A stretch of DNA of 63,727 bases, counting the filler, from Octopus bimaculoides (taxonomy: Eukaryota), in NCBI RefSeq assembly GCF_001194135.2. It is 9 parts of 9 records of this genome, joined end to end, with 100 filler letters (N's around TTAATTAATTAA, not from the genome) between each part and the next. Parts side by side here need not be neighbours in the genome. Positions count along the whole stretch, not along the records: positions 20,050 to 43,221 come from NC_069007.1; positions 43,322 to 54,379 come from NC_068983.1; 7 more parts are not named here. The stretch is one strand, 5' to 3'. The translations under genes were made by a program, and so were the position numbers. The notes under the pieces are model-generated. The model had not been told where the DNA came from. It worked only from the letters and a program-made list of their open reading frames with translations, and did no database searches. Shown here in pieces: positions 38,788 to 51,460 of this stretch (position 1 is its first letter; every line of letters begins with the position of its first letter).

Positions 38788-38824
<37 letters not shown>

Positions 38825-38976
38825 CCGATAATGATGGTGGAGAGGATGGTGCAAAATATATATATAATACACACCCACACACATATGCATACATACGTAA
38901 TATTCGTGTACACACCATCGCAGTCATACATATATTCCGACATACCACTCCACAACAAACTAAAGGTCAATCTTAC

Positions 38977-39302
38977 ATGAACTGGACATAATACTCTCTT
39001 GCCAGCGCCTCATGTCCGAACTGCCGACAGATGAATTGCTGCTGTGGTTAGAGCTACCCGTTTGTTTCCGCCTGTTCTTGCCGGGTATAACTTCTACACT
39101 GACCTCGGCTGCGTCCCGCTCTGTGTAAACCACCCGCTTGTTCTCGTCTGAATCAAGCAAAAACTGTTTCTCGTTGTCGCCTGACGAATCTGTCTTCAGG
39201 ATAGCATCAATGATGGCGTATGCCCTCACCTCTAAGGGGTTGTTGAAGAAGATGATCGTTACGTAGAAGGCGTACATGAATAGCAGAGCAACCGATTCAT
39301 AC
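38977..39302 (-). CDS. SLC24A: NCKX exon (TM5 plus cytoplasmic loop)
   Basis: ttcccag|..|GTAAGA; W|YESVALLFMYAFYVTIIFFNNPLE..RRWQESIMSS; phase 2-1, consistent with both neighbours. Confidence 0.9.
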
Positions 39303-39353
39303 CTGGGAATGGAAGGACAGGTAGATAGATAGGTAGGTAGGTAGGTTGGTAGG

Positions 39354-39401
<48 letters not shown>

Positions 39402-40841
39402 AAGATAGAAAGATAGAAAGGTAGATAGATAGACAAGTAGCTAGAGAGCTGTAGATAGTGCGATCGATACACAGATACATAGATATTTAGATAGATGNNN
39501 NNNNNNNNNNNNNNNNNNNNNNNNNNNNNNNNNNNNNNNNNNNNNNNNNNNNNNNNNNNNNNNNNNNNNNNNNNNNNNNNNNNNNNNNNNNNNNNNNNNN
39601 NNNNNNNNNNNNNNNNNNNNNNNNNNNNNNNNNNNNNNNNNNNNNNNNNNNNNNNNNNNNNNNNNNNNNNNNNNNNNNNNNNNNNNNNNNNNNNNNNNNN
39701 NNNNNNNNNNNNNNNNNNNNNNNNNNNNNNNNNNNNNNNNNNNNNNNNNNNNNNNNNNNNNNNNNNNNNNNNNNNNNNNNNNNNNNNNNNNNNNNNNNNN
39801 NNNNNNNNNNNNNNNNNNNNNNNNNNNNNNNNNNNNNNNNNNNNNNNNNNNNNNNNNNNNNNNNNNNNNNNNNNNNNNNNNNNNNNNNNNNNNNNNNNNN
39901 NNNNNNNNNNNNNNNNNNNNNNNNNNNNNNNNNNNNNNNNNNNNNNNNNNNNNNNNNNNNNNNNNNNNNNNNNNNNNNNNNNNNNNNNNNNNNNNNNNNN
40001 NNNNNNNNNNNNNNNNNNNNNNNNNNNNNNNNNNNNNNNNNNNNNNNNNNNNNNNNNNNNNNNNNNNNNNNNNNNNNNNNNNNNNNNNNNNNNNNNNNNN
40101 NNNNNNNNNNNNNNNNNNNNNNNNNNNNNNNNNNNNNNNNNNNNNNNNNNNNNNNNNNNNNNNNNNNNNNNNNNNNNNNNNNNNNNNNNNNNNNNNNNNN
40201 NNNNNNNNNNNNNNNNNNNNNNNNNNNNNNNNNNNNNNNNNNNNNNNNNNNNNNNNNNNNNNNNNNNNNNNNNNNNNNNNNNNNNNNNNNNNNNNNNNNN
40301 NNNNNNNNNNNNNNNNNNNNNNNNNNNNNNNNNNNNNNNNNNNNNNNNNNNNNNNNNNNNNNNNNNNNNNNNNNNNNCTCAGAACATAAAGACAGACGAA
40401 ATACCGTTAAGCATTTCGCCTGGCGTGCTAACGTTTCTTATTTCTTTATTGCCCACAAGGGGCTAAACATAGAGGGGACAATCAAGGACAGGCAAAGGGA
40501 TTAAAGTTGATTACATCGACCTCAGTGCGTAACTGGTACACAAGGAGATTCAGCGTGACATAGAATATGATAGGTATAACTTATTTTTCCCAGCTGAATG
40601 GACTGCAGCAACGTGAAATAAAGTGTCTTGCTCAAGGACACAAGACACTGCCGGGAATAGAACTCACTGCCTTACGATGGTGAGCCGAATACTCCTAACC
40701 ACTGAGCCACGCGTTTTCACTATTCTGCTTAAATAATGGATAAATGTATATGCCAACCCGCTATGCATATAATCAAAAGATAAGTCGATAATGAAATGTG
40801 ATGGGAGATATCTGGGGTTAAGGAAAACGAAGATTACTCAC

Positions 40842-40942
40842 CAATTAATTGTTTCGTTCATGAGAGCCAACACCAGGGCAACGATAGAGATAAGATACAC
40901 AAAGCTATCTCGGAATAGCGGCCACCATCGAAGAGGAGTTAC
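40842..40942 (-). CDS. SLC24A: NCKX exon (after alpha-1), absent from the ORF track
   Basis: ctccag|..|GTGAGT; VTPLRWWPLFRDSFVYLISIVALVLALMNETIN|W matches NCKX LxWWPLxRDS; phase 0-2. Confidence 0.92.
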
Positions 40943-41443
40943 CTGGAGGAGGAAAAAGGGGTAATAAAAAATATCGAGGGTGGTTGTGTTGTAAGAGGCT
41001 TGCTTCCCAACCTGAAGGTTCCAAGTTCTATCCCACTGCGTGGAACATTGAGCATATATCTTTTATCATAGCTCCAGGCAAACCGAACCGTCTGATTGGT
41101 TTTGGTAGACGGAAACGGAAAGACCGTTGTTTACATACATACATGCATACATACATACTTACATACATACATGCGTACATGCATACATAAATAAAAAAAA
41201 AAGAACCCTTTTAAAGCCTAGTCAAGCTAATGGGCCAGGTTTCCCGATTTCAATGGTGTATGTGCTCCCCAGATGGACGGGACGCCAGTCCATCGCAGCG
41301 TTACTCATTTTTGCCTGCTGAGTGGACTGGAGTAACGTGAAATGAAATGTTTTGCTCCAGAACACAACGCGTCGCCCGGTCCAGGAATCGAAACCACAAT
41401 CTTACGATCATGATGCTGACACCCTAACCACTAGGCCACGCGT

Positions 41444-41474
<31 letters not shown>

Positions 41475-43122
41475 ATAGGCTTACAAAGGTGCCACGTAGT
41501 GGGTTCTGAATCCACATGGTTGCAAAGCGAGCTTCTTAATCAATCAACTATGACTGCATTGATCGATAAAGTAAAGTTCTGATCAAGCACAGGGTTCGAT
41601 TTAATCAATTAATCCCTCGATTAACCCATTAAGATTAAGGTCTTGAATGAAACANNNNNNNNNNNNNNNNNNNNNNNNNNNNNNNNNNNNNNNNNNNNNN
41701 NNNNNNNNNNNNNNNNNNNNNNNNNNNNNNNNNNNNNNNNNNNNNNNNNNNNNNNNNNNNNNNNNNNNNNNNNNNNNNNNNNNNNNNNNNNNNNNNNNNN
41801 NNNNNNNNNNNNNNNNNNNNNNNNNNNNNNNNNNNNNNNNNNNNNNNNNNNNNNNNNNNNNNNNNNNNNNNNNNNNNNNNNNNNNNNNNNNNNNNNNNNN
41901 NNNNNNNNNNNNNNNNNNNNNNNNNNNNNNNNNNNNNNNNNNNNNNNNNNNNNNNNNNNNNNNNNNNNNNNNNNNNNNNNNNNNNNNNNNNNNNNNNNNN
42001 NNNNNNNNNNNNNNNNNNNNNNNNNNNNNNNNNNNNNNNNNNNNNNNNNNNNNNNNNNNNNNNNNNNNNNNNNNNNNNNNNNNNNNNNNNNNNNNNNNNN
42101 NNNNNNNNNNNNNNNNNNNNNNNNNNNNNNNNNNNNNNNNNNNNNNNNNNNNNNNNNNNNNNNNNNNNNNNNNNNNNNNNNNNNNNNNNNNNNNNNNNNN
42201 NNNNNNNNNNNNNNNNNNNNNNNNNNNNNNNNNNNNNNNNNNNNNNNNNNNNNNNNNNNNNNNNNNNNNNNNNNNNNNNNNNNNNNNNNNNNNNNNNNNN
42301 NNNNNNNAAATGCTTTGCGGCATTTCGTCCGTCTGTAGGGTTTGAGCTCAAATTCCGCCGAGGTCGACTGAACCTTTTAACCCTTCGGGGTCGATAAAAT
42401 ATAGACTAATTGAGCACCGGGATCGATCTAATCGACTATTCGTTTCCACAAAAATATGAAGGCGGCATCCTGTTAGAAATACCTCGAAGAAATGCATGCT
42501 ACAGGCAGCAAGCCCATTACGCATGCAAGACTCCAGGAGTTCCAACAAAACCTAAGATAAAAAGAAATAATAATAATAACGCAGTACCAGGCAGTGGCCC
42601 TCATGGCTTCTGATCTTAATTGATTGGAAGTGTTATCATGTACATTGTTTTGTCTTGGTATAAAAGATGGACTACAGCAAATATTCTGCTTAATACCATA
42701 GATTCGCTTATCAGTTGTTTGACTTTAACCAGTTGAGTATGTCCCTTAGTGGATGACGATTATGTGCATCTCTGATCATGAGCAGAAGTAGTGGGGGAGC
42801 ATCATAGCCATGTGTTGAGAGGAATTCTTTTGGGTTTAGATAATTCACCTCCGGAAACATGAGTGTTTCGTTCAACATCCTTAAACGACCCTTATTGGTT
42901 TTTGAGCGGGATGAGCTACTAAACCAGAAGAAAATTCTAACTGGGCCCCACCTGCAAGGTCATGCGCTGTTAATCTTGATACAAGATCACCATGTCGCGC
43001 ACATGTGGTTATGATGCATGTGCCTGGTGTACCCTTATCAGACAGATAGTCATGATGGGTATAATGAGCTTCATATATTTTACCCCAATGTCACTTTGAT
43101 GGCATGCACAACTCTCTCACTC

Positions 43123-43171
<49 letters not shown>

Positions 43172-43339
43172 TTGTTGATGACGATGATGATGATGACGAC
43201 GACGATGATGATTGTGATGATNNNNNNNNNNNNNNNNNNNNNNNNNNNNNNNNNNNNNNNNNNNNTTAATTAATTAANNNNNNNNNNNNNNNNNNNNNNN
43301 NNNNNNNNNNNNNNNNNNNNNAGACAACAGGCCACGAAC

Positions 43340-45300
43340 ATTTAAACAACCAATGTGAACAGACATGTCTTACCTGTTAATCAGGGCTTGTCCGGTGGAG
43401 AGGGACTCTCCACCTTTTCATGATACAGGGTCGGAGGTAGCAGGTCTTGGGAAATAGGTTTGTTAAGATCCCGTCTCATTACAGAATTATCAGGTGGAGG
43501 TGGAGTCTCCACCTTTTCTTTTTCTCGCGTTATCGGGGCTGGTATTCCATTAAATATAGACTTATTAAAGTCCAGTCTCATAGATGATACTGACTTACGG
43601 TGTTTGTTTTGTAAAATTATATGAGTCTTATTTGAGACTTCATACACGTCATAATTGTTGTATTTCTCCGAAAGGTTATCTTTTTTTTTTTGCAGTTTTA
43701 ATTAATTGAATGTCTCTCATTAGTTCAGTATCTTTACTGTATACGGCTATTATGCCTTTCTCCTCTTTTTCTCTTCTTGCAGTCTTTTTTGGTCGTTGTT
43801 CTGTAGTAGTCGCCACTCTCGGTTGAGCTGCTGATTGTATTTTTCTTTTGTTTGTTGTTTTCTCCTCGTCGTTTTCTTCTTTTTCATCTTCTTCCTCTTT
43901 TTCTTCTTTCTCCTCTTCCTCGTCTTCCTTATTTTCCTTGCAGTTCCTTCGAATGTGGCCTAATTGGCCGCACAAAAAACACCGGGGTTTTCGACCCTCA
44001 ACAGACACCGCCAGGTTCTCCTCCCCTATCTGAACCGTCTCGGGAATTGCTTCGATTATTTTTGGGTCAGCTTGGATAATGAGACTAACTGATTGACCAG
44101 TCCAGTGAGCGTTTTCGATAACGGCAGCCTGGAGGAGGTTAATTTTCTCTTCCTCTTTGACTAGGACTGCCTCCACCACCNNNNNNNNNNNNNNNNNNNN
44201 NNNNNNNNNNNNNNNNNNNNNNNNNNNNNNNNNNNNNNNNNNNNNNNNNNNNNNNNNNNNNNNNNNNNNNNNNNNNNNNNNNNNNNNNNNNNNNNNNNNN
44301 NNNNNNNNNNNNNNNNNNNNNNNNNNNNNNNNNNNNNNNNNNNNNNNNNNNNNNNNNNNNNNNNNNNNNNNNNNNNNNNNNNNNNNNNNNNNNNNNNNNN
44401 NNNNNNNNNNNNNNNNNNNNNNNNNNNNNNNNNNNNNNNNNNNNNNNNNNNNNNNNNNNNNNNNNNNNNNNNNNNNNNNNNNNNNNNNNNNNNNNNNNNN
44501 NNNNNNNNNNNNNNNNNNNNNNNNNNNNNNNNNNNNNNNNNNNNNNNNNNNNNNNNNNNNNNNNNNNNNNNNNNNNNNNNNNNNNNNNNNNNNNNNNNNN
44601 NNNNNNNNNNNNNNNNNNNNNNNNNNNNNNNNNNNNNNNNNNNNNNNNNNNNNNNNNNNNNNNNNNNNNNNNNNNNNNNNNNNNNNNNNNNNNNNNNNNN
44701 NNNNNNNNNNNNNNNNNNNNNNNNNNNNNNNNNNNNNNNNNNNNNNNNNNNNNNNNNNNNNNNNNNNNNNNNNNNNNNNNNNNNNNNNNNNNNNNNNNNN
44801 NNNNNNNNNNNNNNNNNNNNNNNNNNNNNNNNNNNNNNNNNNNNNNNNNNNNNNNNNNNNNNNNNNNNNNNNNNNNNNNNNNNNNNNNNNNNNNNNNNNN
44901 NNNNNNNNGCAAAACTTTTTTTTTCCTTTCTCGCCTGCTCGGTCTGGATGCTAGGCGCATCGATACTCCTTTTGGTCCCAATACTTTCTGACAAAGTTGG
45001 GAAATCTTCTTGTGAAAGCTCTGACGAGCTTTCCGATACGTCTCCAAATATTTCATACATCCTGCTGGGCACTTTGGTAACGGGGGAATTACAAATTCCT
45101 TTTTCGGGGGAATCCACTGGTTTTTCACTTGTAGTTGGCTCCTCGCCAGACAACAACAAATTTTTCGTCTCACTAGACATTTCTGTGCCAACGTTAGGAC
45201 TTTCTCTAGACGTCATTCTTCCCCCCACCCCACCCAACGGGGGAATGAACAAACGTGTGCTTTCTACAAGCACTTAGTGTTTTCAAATAAAAACTCAAAT
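43340..45300 (-). mobile_element. Non-LTR retrotransposon ORF1/gag-like region (possibly L1/Tx1); gap inside, no ORF2 visible
   Basis: ORF from 45273 and, after the gap, ..SVEGRKPRCFLCGQLGHIRRNCKENK (CX2CX4HX4C knuckle) followed by a charged low-complexity tail. Confidence 0.65.
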
Positions 45301-46648
45301 AGTTAGAATTTTAACAGAAATTGCAGTTAATAAAAGAGTAGTTATTATACATAATAACTCTAATAACCAGCAATTTTCATCACGAACACATGTACGACGC
45401 GTAACCAACAAACTCACAGAGACGAAATACCGCTAAGCATTACGCCCGGCGTGCTAGCGTTTCTGCCAGCTTGCGGCTTTAGTGTGTACATACATACATA
45501 CATACATACATACATACATACATACATACAAAGATACCCTGCTGTTGATGCTAAAATTCCAATAAAGGAGCCATGGATCTAGGTTAGAAACCGACTCTTT
45601 CTCTGGTGGCAAGAAATCTTGAAATAAAACTGAACAATGACATACATACATGCATACGTACGTACGTACGTACATACATACATACATACATACATACATA
45701 CATACGCACAGATACGCACATACATACATACATACATACATACATACATACATACATACATACATACATACATACATACATACCGCACAGATTCGAAATA
45801 ACAGCAAGAATAACATTATGAAAGACGCCGTAAAAATGGCTGTAATTATTAGTTTGATGCTTGATGAGAAATTGAGAAAATGGAGAAGCGCGTTGGACGT
45901 GTCAAGTGTAAGCTTTTCTTCACCGAGATCAATGCGGTTGATGTTCATCTTGGAATTCTATTAACCAATGTCTGCGGGCGAGGGGGGGGGGAACACATGG
46001 CCCGTGAGGAAATTAACAGAGAGTTACATTTCTGATAAGAAAAGACTAGATTAAATCTTTTATGCAAGGTTTCGAAGGTGTGATACAGTAAGGAATAACT
46101 GGACAGAAGACGTTGCTGCTGCTGTTGTTGTGGTGGAGGTGGTTATTGTTATTGTTGTTTGGTCTCTGCTCAGCCATGATGAGGTAGACCCATGATCAAA
46201 GTTAATCCAAACCTTAACATTCCGTATTTTAATTAGACTTTGTACCTTCGACTGCAAAATCTAATTCTCCCATAATTTTACACATGTTGGGAAGGGATTT
46301 GAGGAAGATGTTAGTTTGCCTGCTACTTCTAGCAGATTAAGCGACTACGTAGCCCCTCACTCGTTTGCTGAAGTGAAGGTCGTATGTAGATGTTAGTCCA
46401 TATGAGAAGAGGCTGTCAGAACATCTGCAAGCCACTTGTAGCGTTGTAATGAATGAACCTTTGTCCCAGTTTACCAGATGATAATTTGGTTGTCGCTTAG
46501 GATATTTGCGTATGTATCTGAGATATCATTCTGATTTGTGAGAAGTACTCTAATGACGAGGTTAATTTGGACTAGTAGCAGCTGAGTGTATGCTTGTATG
46601 TGAGTTTGTATGTGCGTGTTTATACACACACACACACACATACAAACA

Positions 46649-46862
46649 CGAGGGGGTGCTGAAAAGTTCCTGGCTTTAAGAGTACCGCGAAAGGCCTGGT
46701 TCGAGGCCCAACCTTCCGAGTTCTTTTACAAGGTTTATAAAAAACTGAAGGACCGCTGCAATAAGTGTGTGGAACTCAGAGGGGAACATGTTCTATAAAA
46801 CCATAATTAACTGATTCTCCTGTATTTTCTTTTACCCAAAGCCAGGAACTTTTCAGCACCTC

Positions 46863-46864
<2 letters not shown>
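46649..46864. mobile_element. Mariner-derived MITE, opposite orientation to 22634-22850
   Basis: Same TIRs; the interior reads FYKVYKKLKDRCNKCVELRGEHV, resembling a mariner transposase C-terminus. Confidence 0.85.
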
Positions 46865-46902
<38 letters not shown>

Positions 46903-46917
46903 TTGTATATATGTGTG

Positions 46918-47032
<115 letters not shown>

Positions 47033-47509
47033 GTGACACCGAGTGTTGACAAATCAAGTGAGACAGCTTCGCTCCGTAAGTGATCGGGAATGGTAGTTAA
47101 TGATATTTCGCAGTATTTTGCAGCTCCTCAACACCGTGTACTCGAGTCACCTCGGAACGAATTGCTAGTCTGTGGTATATATGCAAGTAGTTGATGTGCA
47201 ACGGCGCCGCACAGGGTAAACAAAATTAGACCATGAATTATAAGCAGCTCTAATAATGCAAATATTATTAATACCACATACTGTATGTGTTTGTTTGATA
47301 TATTCAGTGTTTTTCAACACTCGGCATCTTCAAGGGACATTTTTTTACCCTGGTGCTATCCCGCAACTAAGGAGTGCATAAGCCTACTGGATCGACTGAA
47401 TAATATTCGATCTTAAGGCCATTTCGGCATTATCATCTGCATTGAAATTGTGGAGTTATGTTGGTCGGAATTGCTATATAGGTAAACAGCTGCCTGTCTC
47501 ACACCCTTA

Positions 47510-47650
47510 CGTCGTCTCTCCAACAAGATTTTATCATCCCTTTACAGGCACATCCAATGGTAGCTCTCTCAACCGCTGACTGGATTTCTTTCATGATGGC
47601 GTTTGCTTGACGATGATTGACACCCATTGATAGCAGCCACCGCTTCAGTC
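47510..47650 (-). mobile_element. Possible HERO/NeSL-like RLE LINE 3' remnant
   Basis: TRLKRWLLSMGVNHRQANAIMKEIQSAVERA, then a frameshifted HWMCL*RDD; resemblance from memory only. Confidence 0.4.
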
Positions 47651-47804
47651 TGGTTCCAATGAAATTTCTACATCCTTATTTAGCCTCAAATCATACATGA
47701 ACAAATTCATTTTTTTGTTAGAAGTATTTCTCTTTAACCATCCCGTTTTGGGTTGTTGTTTTTTTTTGTTTTTTTTCGGGTATGAAGTACCAAGAATTAC
47801 GCAA

Positions 47805-47836
<32 letters not shown>

Positions 47837-47997
47837 GTTTTTTTTTTCTTCTTTCTTCAAATTTTTTCCCATTTCTCGCCGAGTGTTTTCCGTACACCTA
47901 GGGCAGAGAAACGTTGTATGCATTCCCAATTTACACACGCAAATTCATAGGTAAAACATGTATTTAAGAAAAAAAAAATCATGAATGGATGTTGTTT

Positions 47998-48107
47998 TCA
48001 CAGCGATAATGCTCTTCTTAGTACATGAGTCGTTCCAGTTAGCACGATTTTTTGCACCTCCTGTAGAGATGGTAAGCCTGGTATCATTTTCAAATAGATT
48101 TCAGTAC
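47998..48107 (-). mobile_element. R4/Dong-like LINE extreme 3' coding end
   Basis: YLKMIPGLPSLQEVQKIVLTGTTHVLRRALSL*, homologous to the QKIALLGTAHILRKTLS end at 1-146. Confidence 0.7.
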
Positions 48108-49289
48108 NNNNNNNNNNNNNNNNNNNNNNNNNNNNNNNNNNNNNNNNNNNNNNNNNNNNNNNNNNNNNNNNNNNNNNNNNNNNNNNNNNNNNNNNNNNNN
48201 NNNNNNNNNNNNNNNNNNNNNNNNNNNNNNNNNNNNNNNNNNNNNNNNNNNNNNNNNNNNNNNNNNNNNNNNNNNNNNNNNNNNNNNNNNNNNNNNNNNN
48301 NNNNNNNNNNNNNNNNNNNNNNNNNNNNNNNNNNNNNNNNNNNNNNNNNNNNNNNNNNNNNNNNNNNNNNNNNNNNNNNNNNNNNNNNNNNNNNNNNNNN
48401 NNNNNNNNNNNNNNNNNNNNNNNNNNNNNNNNNNNNNNNNNNNNNNNNNNNNNNNNNNNNNNNNNNNNNNNNNNNNNNNNNNNNNNNNNNNNNNNNNNNN
48501 NNNNNNNNNNNNNNNNNNNNNNNNNNNNNNNNNNNNNNNNNNNNNNNNNNNNNNNNNNNNNNNNNNNNNNNNNNNNNNNNNNNNNNNNNNNNNNNNNNNN
48601 NNNNNNNNNNNNNNNNNNNNNNNNNNNNNNNNNNNNNNNNNNNNNNNNNNNNNNNNNNNNNNNNNNNNNNNNNNNNNNNNNNNNNNNNNNNNNNNNNNNN
48701 NNNNNNNNNNNNNNNNNNNNNNNNNNNNNNNNNNNNNNNNNNNNNNNNNNNNNNNNNNNNNNNNNNNNNNNNNNNNNNNNGGTGGTTGTCATCGTCGTCG
48801 TCGTCGTCAATGTTGTTTTTCTTTCCACCTTGTGATATTTTCTTTGTTCTTGTTTGTTTATGATTTCGTTCGTTTATTTATATTATTTGTTTACTTCTTG
48901 ACATTGTTTGCATGATTGCTTTCCTTTTTGTGGTTCTTGTTGCGTTAAGATAGTCAGGTAGTTCATAATTTTCACGGTGTGTGCTGTTATTTATTGTTTT
49001 TGTTTTCGCTCGATGATATTTTCGATAAATAATATTCAAATTGTACTATTTTTAGCTTTAATATAACTCAAATTATATACAGCAACAATAGCAACCAAAC
49101 AACAACAACAGTAACAACAACAAAAGCAATAACAGTTGCAACAACAATAGCAACAATAACAACAACTGCGACAATGGCCGCGGTAACCATGACGACGATG
49201 ATAATGATGATGACGACGATGAGGAGGATTTAGATGCAAGGCCAGCAACTTAGAGGAGAAGGGATAAGTTGTTTACGTCAACCTATCAA

Positions 49290-50230
49290 TACTTGACTGC
49301 GGCGTTTTTTTTTTTTTTTAGCCACGAAAGCAGAAGCGGCAAAGCAAAACTGACCACGGTCCATGGCTGCACATCATCAGCAACAGCCTCCCGAGATAAC
49401 CCCGGAGTGTATGTCAGTATCAGATGAATTCTTGACAACGGTACCTGTCGCACGACGGTCAGGTAGTTGTGCATCACAGAGGCGATGCACGCATTAACGG
49501 CCTCCCTTTCAGACGCTACTTCCTCTCAGCTGAGTGAGACCAGTCTGTTTGCAACCTCTTCCTTTACGCCTAGAGATCCGACCATTAGAAGACACTGAAA
49601 ATTTAACAAGGTTCTCCGACAGACATGGACTTTTCTTTTCGTTTGTCAATCTGCAAGTCAACTGATTTGTCTTAGTTCATATATGACTCGCAGACACCTG
49701 GTATTCGTTCAGTACGGTGCCGTCCAATTCTATGTCCGAGGAATCGTAAACTATTTCGGTGTTGTCGATTGTAATTTGTATGATACTCTTCAAAATTTCA
49801 ATCATCCACAGTAATTACACCAGCGCTAACATATACAGAAAAGAGGAGAAGGGGCATCTTTGATTCGGATCGCTTTCATCATGGAACAGATGCCGCTGTA
49901 CATTGTAGCGATCCAGCCTCTAAATACGAGGCTGAAACCAGCTTCTCTTAGGGTAACCACTAGTTAATGATAATCAACTTTGTTGAAATCTTTAGATGCA
50001 TAAATTGACCAGTGCCTCATCGAAGCCAGATCAATTCCCGTCCCGCTCTATGATATATTGCATGGGTTGGATGCTGCCGGCAAGCACCAATCTCTTGTTG
50101 TGACCTTCACCAAAGACTTCAACCCAGTATATAGTAGAGTTGTGGGTCAAAACTTGTCTGTTATATCCTTCATGCTTGAATCCTTTCTAAGTAATGTTAT
50201 CATTTCCCCGTTCACACGGCTGGAAATTCT
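49290..50230 (-). mobile_element. Decayed L1/Tx1-clade reverse transcriptase fragment
   Basis: Broken minus-strand reading ..SKDFNKVDYH*LVVTLREAGFSLVFRGWIATMYSGIC..PSPL.., typical of Tx1-like RT; many stops. Confidence 0.65.
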
Positions 50231-51308
50231 TCTACTCTACTGCTAGCGATAGTAGACAACTATCAAGATAATAGCAAACCAGCTAAGAGCTTGTAGGAAA
50301 CCATTCGGTGACTTGCCTCTCGTATAGCGACTGAATACGGCTGCTGTGTACTGAAATTAGCTTTTCACAGCACTCTGATCGGGAGTTGTGATAGCTGGTC
50401 AAGTAGACACCGAAGTCTACTGTCTCTTTACTGTCTTTATTAATTAGTGAATATGTGTAGTGGTGAGACTAGTAGAGTGGGAGCGAGTAGATTTGCAGGT
50501 AATTTCCCTAGTGGGATTATGGAACTGGTTTTAAAGCAGGTAACAAATATAGAGCTTATCCGCGGAATGCAGTTTTCAGAATCGTCTTGGTTGAGAAATG
50601 GAGGAAATGAGAGTTGATATTATTGATGAGAGAGAAAAAGGATCAGCTGCTATTTGGGAAACAGGTAGAAAAACTTGTAGGCTATATCAAATACCCACAA
50701 ATATTTTACAATTTAGATGATGCTACTGTAGAAGTTACGGTACTAGATAAAAGCCATCTAGTTGCTAAGTGTAAGTGATTTTTCTTAAAGTATTGTAAAT
50801 GTGTTCTTTACCTGAAGTACTGGATATGATTACGAGTGACTGGAACTTTGAGTTTTTGGCTACGTGTAAAATATGGAAGGACATGCTAATAGGACAGCTT
50901 CGACCATCCACCTATTTCTGATGGAAATTCACTAAACTCTAATCTCCACTGTGTCTAACACAGATGTTCTTACAAAGATTCAAAAATAGATAATCTGATT
51001 TTTATAACGAACATGACATTGTACTAGGTCGTCTTGTTGCATAGATGAAATTCTTTAAAAGAAATAAACCCTACTTATGATTTGTGGCTTGATCTTTTTA
51101 TTTTTATTTTTGTTGATGACTTTGCCTCTTATTTGTGTTTTCATTATCACCGAATGAAACCTAATGAATATTATTAGTATTTATCGTGACATGTATGTGA
51201 TATGTACCGTAGTATTAATAGAACATTTGGTTTCGATCAGATGGCCAATACTCAACTCAAGAGCTATATTTTCGCTTGTTCTCAAATTTCAGTTTATAAG
51301 TTTTTAAC

Positions 51309-51460
<152 letters not shown>

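Noticed and set aside
38671-38860. Asp/Gly-rich ORF (DEDDEDDGGGG..)
   Set aside because: Mixed GAT/GGT trinucleotide microsatellite in an NCKX intron, next to a gap.
45784-45948. Possible NCKX first exon MNINRIDLGEE..FRICA with a GCG|GTATGT donor
   Set aside because: The donor is supplied by the (ATGT)n array, the interior resembles the decayed hammerhead-bearing repeats (TGAAGAAAAGC..CTTGACACGTC), there is no NCKX similarity, and it lies across an unsized linker gap. Not excluded, but unsupported.
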